The notes beneath the pieces were generated by a model. It was not told where the DNA came from and did no database searches. It worked only from the letters and a program-made list of their open reading frames with translations. From the NCBI GenBank assembly GCA_016218585.1, contig JACRDK010000031.1, positions 65,764 to 129,763 on the forward strand: a stretch of 64,000 bases of DNA. The letters are read 5' to 3'. The DNA comes from Candidatus Doudnabacteria bacterium (GTDB lineage Bacteria > Patescibacteriota > Doudnabacteria > UBA920). The translations under genes and the position numbers were made by a program. Below, piece by piece: positions 58,715-64,000 of the stretch (position 1 is its first letter; the number at the start of each line of letters is the position of its first letter).

Positions 58715-59156
58715 TATAAATGGTAAACCCGGGGACGAATACGCGAATATGCTGCAGGCGCAGCGTATTGTTTTTCGCGTATTGTTCCCGGGAAGATGTG
58801 GGTCCATGCTCGTAATGGAAATCTTTTTTTGCCGTCGAGACGGATTAGGATCCGTTACCTGCCTGATAATGAAACTCTTGTGGTGATTCCGCCCTGCTGA
58901 GAACATTAGCTCCTAAAAATCTTGGATGTTATCCAAGACTAACTAATGTGATCCGGCAGAGGTTACAAAAACGACATGAAAACGGATTGTTCTTATACTC
59001 CTCCTTTCTCCTCTTTGGCAAACTTCTGTTAGCGATATGCAACCTTTTAAGGGAGCGGGGGTGTTTACCTTCCAAGTCTAAGGTCTTTACCCGTGGATTC
59101 GCTAAACAGGTGTTCACACAAATAATACATTACTCCCGGAACTTTTGTTTGTCAAG
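58715..59156 (+). ncRNA. rnpB: structured intergenic RNA candidate, possibly RNase P RNA (type B-like)
   Basis: No plausible ORF in about 440 nt; nested stems (CCCGGG..CCCGGG enclosing AATACGCG..CGCGTATT); 11-nt GTCCATGCTCG identical to the conserved CR-I/P4 segment of Bacillus-type RNase P RNA; possible P4 partner CCCGGAAC near the 3' end. Confidence 0.35.
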
Positions 59157-59159
59157 AAA

Positions 59160-59193
59160 AACCCCGTCCTTTGGCAGCCGAAGGACGAGGTTT
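59160..59193 (-). terminator. terminator of mscL (CCTCGTCCTTCGGCTGCCAAAGGACGGGG then T5 on minus strand)
   Basis: Stem-loop plus U-tract on the minus strand. Confidence 0.6.
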
Positions 59194-59212
59194 AAAAAAT
59201 TTAATTCAAATG

Positions 59213-59611
59213 TTATAACTGGCTGGTGCAAAACGCGCAACGCTTGGCATCTTTGGGAATTTCGCTTAAACATTCCGGGCATTTTTTTGTGGTAGGGTCT
59301 GCCGGGGCTTCTTTGCGGGCTTTGGCAATCAGAGTATTAATGGGAATAACAACAAAAAAGTAAACGGTAGCGGTGACAATTAAAAATGATACGGCGGCAT
59401 TTATAAAATTGCCGTACATGAAACGGCTGTGATTGATGGTAAAATTAAGTCCTGAAAAATCAGGTTGTTTAACTATTGCCGCCACCAGCGGGGTGAGCAA
59501 ATCTTTTACTAAAGAGTTAACTATAGAAGTAAACGCGGCGCCAACCACAACACCAACCGCCAAGTCCACCACATTACCTCTTAAAATAAACTGTTTGAAT
59601 CCTTTTAGCAT
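59213..59611 (-). CDS. mscL: large-conductance mechanosensitive channel with C-terminal zinc-ribbon extension
   Basis: MLKGFKQFILRGNVVDLAVGVVVGAAF signature; extra CPEC..CAFC tail. Confidence 0.85.
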   Translation of the reverse strand: MLKGFKQFILRGNVVDLAVGVVVGAAFTSIVNSLVKDLLTPLVAAIVKQPDFSGLNFTINHSRFMYGNFINAAVSFLIVTATVYFFVVIPINTLIAKARKEAPADPTTKKCPECLSEIPKDAKRCAFCTSQL

Positions 59612-59635
59612 ATTTGTCGCTTTAAATTAATTATA

Positions 59636-60739
59636 CTATTTAATGCCTTGCCCTATTGCTTCGCTAATATTTTTATAACCATCGGCTTGCAATAATTTTA
59701 CCAAACCCTGGTTTATTTCGCTAATTAGTTGCGGGCCTTGGAATATCATCCCGGTAATTAATTGCACCAGGCTGGCGCCCAGCTTAATTTTTTTATAGGC
59801 ATCCTCCGCGCTAAACACTCCGCCGCAGCCAATAATAATTTTCTTGCCGCCATAATATTTATAGACCTTTGCGATCATTTGGTTGGATAATTCTTCCACG
59901 GCTTTGCCGGAAAAACCACCCTTGCCTTCGTGATTAAACCTGTTAACTTTGGTCAGGTTGGTGCAAATAAAACCGTCCACGGGGTATTTATTTCCTAAAG
60001 CCAAAATTCCATTCAGCTGGTCTTCTGCTAAATCCGGCGACAATTTAACAAACACCGGCTTTGTTTTGGGAATGCTAAAAAGTTTAGCCAGTAAAACATC
60101 CAAATTTTCTGCCTGGGCAAATATTGGCGAAGGTTCACAGGTGTTGGGGCAGCTAATGTTAACCGTAAAATAATCGCCAACGTCCTGAAAAATTTTATAA
60201 CTTTTAAAATAATCCTCCGCCCCGGCTTCAACATGAGATGTTTGTTCGGAATTGGTTTTAGCTATGCTCACGCCTAAAACAAAATCAAACTTCCTGCCCT
60301 TAAGGCGGTTATGGATATTTTCCGCTCCGGAATTTTTTAACCCATAATTTACCCGCAAAGCCTTTTCTTTGGGTAGGCGCCACAACCATTTGCCTGGATT
60401 GCCTGAAAAAGCCAGGGCGGTAATAGAGCCGGCTTCTTCAAAACCAAAACCCACCTTGGGCAAAATACCCGGCAAAAAGGCCTCTTTATCAAAACCGGCG
60501 GCCAAGCCAATTGGATTTTTAAAGTTAATTCCTGCTAAATTTTGGGTAAGCATTTGGTTTTGATAATTGAACATTAAGCCGGTAAGCCAACGGCCAACGG
60601 GGTTGCTCCCTAAAAGCCGGCCAGCCAAAACCATCCGGTCATGCAACTTTTCCGGATTTAACAAAAAGAAAAACCTTTTTAAAAGATTTCTGTATATAAA
60701 AGAAATGGTTTTATTCCTAACCGCGACTAAAGTCTCCAT
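59636..60739 (-). CDS. pyrD: dihydroorotate dehydrogenase (quinone), class 2
   Basis: NISCPNT (cf NxSSPNT), GLAAGFDK, FMN-binding GGVFSAEDAYKKIKLGASLVQ. Confidence 0.8.
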   Translation of the reverse strand: METLVAVRNKTISFIYRNLLKRFFFLLNPEKLHDRMVLAGRLLGSNPVGRWLTGLMFNYQNQMLTQNLAGINFKNPIGLAAGFDKEAFLPGILPKVGFGFEEAGSITALAFSGNPGKWLWRLPKEKALRVNYGLKNSGAENIHNRLKGRKFDFVLGVSIAKTNSEQTSHVEAGAEDYFKSYKIFQDVGDYFTVNISCPNTCEPSPIFAQAENLDVLLAKLFSIPKTKPVFVKLSPDLAEDQLNGILALGNKYPVDGFICTNLTKVNRFNHEGKGGFSGKAVEELSNQMIAKVYKYYGGKKIIIGCGGVFSAEDAYKKIKLGASLVQLITGMIFQGPQLISEINQGLVKLLQADGYKNISEAIGQGIK

Positions 60740-60825
60740 AAATTAATTATAAGCCCAAATGGCAAACATTGCCAATATTGGCTTAAAACTGTAAAATATA
60801 GAGGATAATTCTTAAAACAATTCCA

Positions 60826-61755
60826 ATGAAGCAAAAATTTGTTACCATCGGACTTATCCAGAGCAAAGTTTCCTCCGATATTCCGGCTAACGTAAAAAAA
60901 ACGGAAAAGATGATTCGGGCTGCGGCAAAAAAAGGCGCGCAAATTATTTGCCTGCAGGAACTTTTTCAAACGCCTTACTTCCCCCAATGGGAAAATATGG
61001 ACAAAAAATCCTACGCCGAAACTATTCCCGGACCAACTTCCACTGCTATGCAAAAACTCAGCCGTGAGCTGGGCGTGACTTTAATTGTGCCAATGTACGA
61101 ACAACTCGGCAATAAATTTTTTAACACTGCGGTTGTGTTTGATTCCAAGGGCAAGAACATTGGCAAGTACCACAAAATTCACATTCCCCACGACCCGGGT
61201 TTTTACGAAAAAGAATACTTTGAGCATGGGCAAGCCGGATATAAAATCTTTACCGTTCAGGGCGTAAAATTCGCCGTGCTTATTTGCTACGACCAGTGGT
61301 TTCCGGAAGCAGCCAGAGAAGTGCGCCTTAGCGGCGCTGAAATAATTTTCTACCCTACCGCAGTCGGCGACATTGTCGGCTATAAGGCCGAGGGCGACTG
61401 GCACGATGCCTGGGAAACGGTTCAACGCGGGCATGCTATTGCCAACAGCTTGTATGTTGCCACGGTAAACCGAACAGGACGCGAAGGCCGAATGCAGTTA
61501 TTTGGGCAATCTTTTATTTCCGACCCATTTGGCAAAATTTTAAAACGAGCCTCCGTAGACAAGGAAGAAATCTTAGTGCAAAAATTGGACCTTACCAAAA
61601 ACGAATTCTTTTCCGAAGGCTGGGGCTTTATGCGCAACCGCAGGCCGGATACCTACAAAACTTTAGTTACCAATAAGCTCACCAAAAAATCAAAGAAGTT
61701 GCAAAACGTGGCTCACTATAAAGATGAAATTAAAGCCTTGGGGGCAAATAAATGA
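60826..61755 (+). CDS. aguB: carbon-nitrogen hydrolase (N-carbamoylputrescine amidase-like)
   Basis: E-K-C triad context: [16 protein letters not shown]; adjacent to agmatine deiminase. Confidence 0.7.
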   Translation: MKQKFVTIGLIQSKVSSDIPANVKKTEKMIRAAAKKGAQIICLQELFQTPYFPQWENMDKKSYAETIPGPTSTAMQKLSRELGVTLIVPMYEQLGNKFFNTAVVFDSKGKNIGKYHKIHIPHDPGFYEKEYFEHGQAGYKIFTVQGVKFAVLICYDQWFPEAAREVRLSGAEIIFYPTAVGDIVGYKAEGDWHDAWETVQRGHAIANSLYVATVNRTGREGRMQLFGQSFISDPFGKILKRASVDKEEILVQKLDLTKNEFFSEGWGFMRNRRPDTYKTLVTNKLTKKSKKLQNVAHYKDEIKALGANK

Positions 61756-62411
61756 TTGAGGCGATTATTTTTGACGCTGAAGGAGTAGTAATTGACACTC
61801 ACCCATTATGGGTAAAAGGTGATATGGAATTTATGCAAAAAAATTCTTCGCGGACAAATTTAGAACAGCTATATCAGTCGGAAATAGTAAGCAAAATAGT
61901 AGGAAACTCAATTCTTGATGGAACAAAAATCTTTAAAAAAATTCTGGACATCCCAGGAGAACTGGAAGAATTAGTAAAGGAACGGGTAGAAATAATGGAG
62001 AGATTGTTTAAAACCGAGATTAAATTTATTGATGGTTTCGAACAGTTCTTTAATAAAAATGTAAAAAATTCTTACAAAACTGCCATCGGAACATCCATTA
62101 AGAAGGAGTTCTTTGAGTTGGTTGAACAAAGGCTTTTGATGCGGCAATTTTTTGGAGACAATATTTACCATATTTATGACATAAGGGGCATTTCCAAACC
62201 TAACCCGGATATATTTCTTTACGCAGCCCATCAGATTGGCGCAAGCCCCAAAGAATGCCTGGTCATAGAAGATGCCCCTAACGGTATTGAAGCAGCCAAA
62301 CGTGCTGGAATGAAGTGCATTGCTTTAACAACAACTTTCAAGGGAGACAAACTCACAGGCGCCGATTTAATTGTAGATCACTACAGCAAAATTAACCTAT
62401 CAACGATTTAA
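61752..62411 (+). CDS. HAD-superfamily hydrolase
   Basis: [12 protein letters not shown] motif I; overlaps the aguB stop. Confidence 0.6.
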   Translation: MIEAIIFDAEGVVIDTHPLWVKGDMEFMQKNSSRTNLEQLYQSEIVSKIVGNSILDGTKIFKKILDIPGELEELVKERVEIMERLFKTEIKFIDGFEQFFNKNVKNSYKTAIGTSIKKEFFELVEQRLLMRQFFGDNIYHIYDIRGISKPNPDIFLYAAHQIGASPKECLVIEDAPNGIEAAKRAGMKCIALTTTFKGDKLTGADLIVDHYSKINLSTI

Positions 62412-62414
62412 TCT

Positions 62415-63467
62415 ATGACAGACACTCCTTTAAAACTTGGATTTACCATGCCCGCCGAATGGGAAGAACATTCGGCTATTTGGCTTGCTTGGCCATATGA
62501 CGAAATTACTTTCCCCGAAGGCCGCGTTGAAAAAATAGAAAAAATTTACGTGGAAATAATTAAAAACATCCATACCAGTGAAGACATTGAACTTTTGGTG
62601 TTAAATGAACAAATGAAAACCAAAGCCACTCAAATGATCGCGGATGCCGGCATAAATTTATCAAAAATAACTTTTCATATTACGGATTATGCCGATGTCT
62701 GGATGCGCGACTATGGCCCAACATTTATAAAAAACCCGGAAACCAGGGAGTTGGCCTGGGTAAAATGGAACTACAACGCCTATAATAATAAATTTCCAGA
62801 TCTGTTAAAAGATAACGAAGTTTTTTTTGCTTTGCGCAAAACCGTAGACAAACGAATGTTTGAACCGGGAATACTTTTAGAAGGCGGCGCGCTGGAAGTA
62901 AACGGCAGCGGAGTATGCCTTACCACCGAACAATGCCTGCTGGCACGCAATCCCAATTTTTCTAAAGAACAATTAGAAAATTATTTGCGAGGGTTTCTGG
63001 GAGTTAAAAAAGTTATTTGGCTAAAACAAGGACTCCCCCACGACCACACTGACGGCCACATAGACGAACTGGCGCGGTTTGTCTCCTCCAATAAAATTGT
63101 TTGCGCTTACGAAGAAAACCGCGAAGATGAAAATTTTAAAGTTTTAGACGACAACTATCAGGCTTTATGCAAAGCTACAGATACAAACGGCAACCCATTT
63201 GAGGTTATTAAATTGCAAGTGCCTCATATAACTTACGACTCCAACAAGCCTTTTGAAGCCGGAGAGCCGGCCCCCGCTTCTTACACCAATTTTTACATTG
63301 GCAATGAAGTTGTTTTAGCTTCTGTATTTAAAGACGCCAACGATGCCGCGGCTTTAGAGGCCTTGCAAATGTGCTTCCCGGATAAAAAAGTTATCGGAGT
63401 TGATTGTTCAGATGTCATCTACGGCGGCGGCGGCGTGCATTGTATGACTCAACAACAGCCTTCTTAG
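62415..63467 (+). CDS. aguA: agmatine deiminase
   Basis: MPAEWEEHSAIWLAWPY N-terminus and GGGVHCMTQQQP C-terminal catalytic Cys motif. Confidence 0.8.
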   Translation: MTDTPLKLGFTMPAEWEEHSAIWLAWPYDEITFPEGRVEKIEKIYVEIIKNIHTSEDIELLVLNEQMKTKATQMIADAGINLSKITFHITDYADVWMRDYGPTFIKNPETRELAWVKWNYNAYNNKFPDLLKDNEVFFALRKTVDKRMFEPGILLEGGALEVNGSGVCLTTEQCLLARNPNFSKEQLENYLRGFLGVKKVIWLKQGLPHDHTDGHIDELARFVSSNKIVCAYEENREDENFKVLDDNYQALCKATDTNGNPFEVIKLQVPHITYDSNKPFEAGEPAPASYTNFYIGNEVVLASVFKDANDAAALEALQMCFPDKKVIGVDCSDVIYGGGGVHCMTQQQPS

Positions 63468-63690
63468 TTTGTAGAGCGTAGTTGGTAGCTTGTAGATTTG
63501 GCACAAAATCTCTTTACTTATTTTATATATTTGTTAGAATAATTTTGTAATTAATCCTTTTCGCTTGAACTATAACTAATAGGAATTCGCGGAAAAAAAT
63601 AATCTCCATTCCAAACAAAGAGAGAAATCCCTTAACCAATTAAGTTCAAGGGAACCCTCGCTCCGCTCGGGATGGCAAAGGAAAATTCCT

Positions 63691-64000
63691 ATGGAAAAAA
63701 AGAAAATAGACAAGTTGTCTTCGTCATTAAAAAAAATGATTGAGCCGGACTTGCGTAAAAGCATTGGGACTTTGAGCCAGAACACTAAAAAGGCCAAAAA
63801 CCCGGTAAGCGCTTTTGCCGACCAGACCTTAAAGCATTTAAATGGCGGTTCAACTTTGCAGGCGGCTTTGTGGCTTAAAAACCATATAGACAACGGCGGC
63901 AAATTGGTAGTTACCCTAGCCGGAGCCCTAAGCTCTTTTGAAGTCGGCGTAATGTTGGCGGAATTAATTAGGCAAAACAAGGTACATTTGGTTTCCGCCA
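63691..64000 (+). CDS. deoxyhypusine synthase-like protein (N-terminal part; continues beyond window)
   Basis: Open frame from ATG 63691 to the window end; TLAGALSSFEVGVMLAELIRQNKVHLVSA resembles the DHS NAD-binding core; not in the ORF track because no stop lies in-window. Confidence 0.45.
   Translation, partial: MEKKKIDKLSSSLKKMIEPDLRKSIGTLSQNTKKAKNPVSAFADQTLKHLNGGSTLQAALWLKNHIDNGGKLVVTLAGALSSFEVGVMLAELIRQNKVHLVSA

Noticed and set aside
58607-59295. 99-aa minus and 115-aa plus ORFs in the anti-sigma/mscL intergenic region
   Set aside because: Low-complexity, no SD, and they span terminator hairpins. The region is better explained as a structured RNA (see the ncRNA candidate).
63576-63980. 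134-aa minus-strand ORF
   Set aside because: Antisense to the deoxyhypusine-synthase-like frame, which starts with a clean ATG at 63691, shows family-like sequence, and lacks an in-window stop because it continues beyond 64000.

Overview
The window is a low-GC (about 40-45%) bacterial chromosome segment. It shows tight operons, many small DUF-type genes, a type IV pilin-like gene, giant surface proteins and weak or absent Shine-Dalgarno sequences on most genes. I infer, without proof, that this resembles Patescibacteria/CPR-like genomes. It is interrupted by several high-GC (about 58-62%) single-gene or small-operon islands, all on the minus strand and all with strong AGGAGG ribosome-binding sites. 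Recognisable genes include rsgA, a DEAD-box helicase, an ECF sigma/anti-sigma pair, mscL, pyrD, an aguA/aguB polyamine cluster with a deoxyhypusine-synthase-like gene, an ABC-F ATPase and a synthase-type exopolysaccharide operon (GT2, polysaccharide deacetylase, GH18-like hydrolase). There are also ArsR/SRPBCC/DinB/VOC detox-type genes, a 2993-aa multidomain surface protein and a 945-aa secreted protein with a perfect (TTTP)n tandem repeat. The most notable RNA feature is a tRNA-Asn(GUU) gene split by a 328-nt group I intron in the anticodon loop, with a small GIY-YIG nuclease gene abutting its 5' end. Other features are a 150-bp intergenic repeat family carrying a bidirectional terminator, a perfect 45-bp direct repeat bracketing one foreign gene, related GC-rich palindromic elements behind two other foreign genes, and a roughly 440-nt structured intergenic RNA candidate (possibly RNase P RNA). 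No CRISPR array, rRNA or obvious transposase was seen. Functions are inferred from motif recognition by eye and no database search was run.
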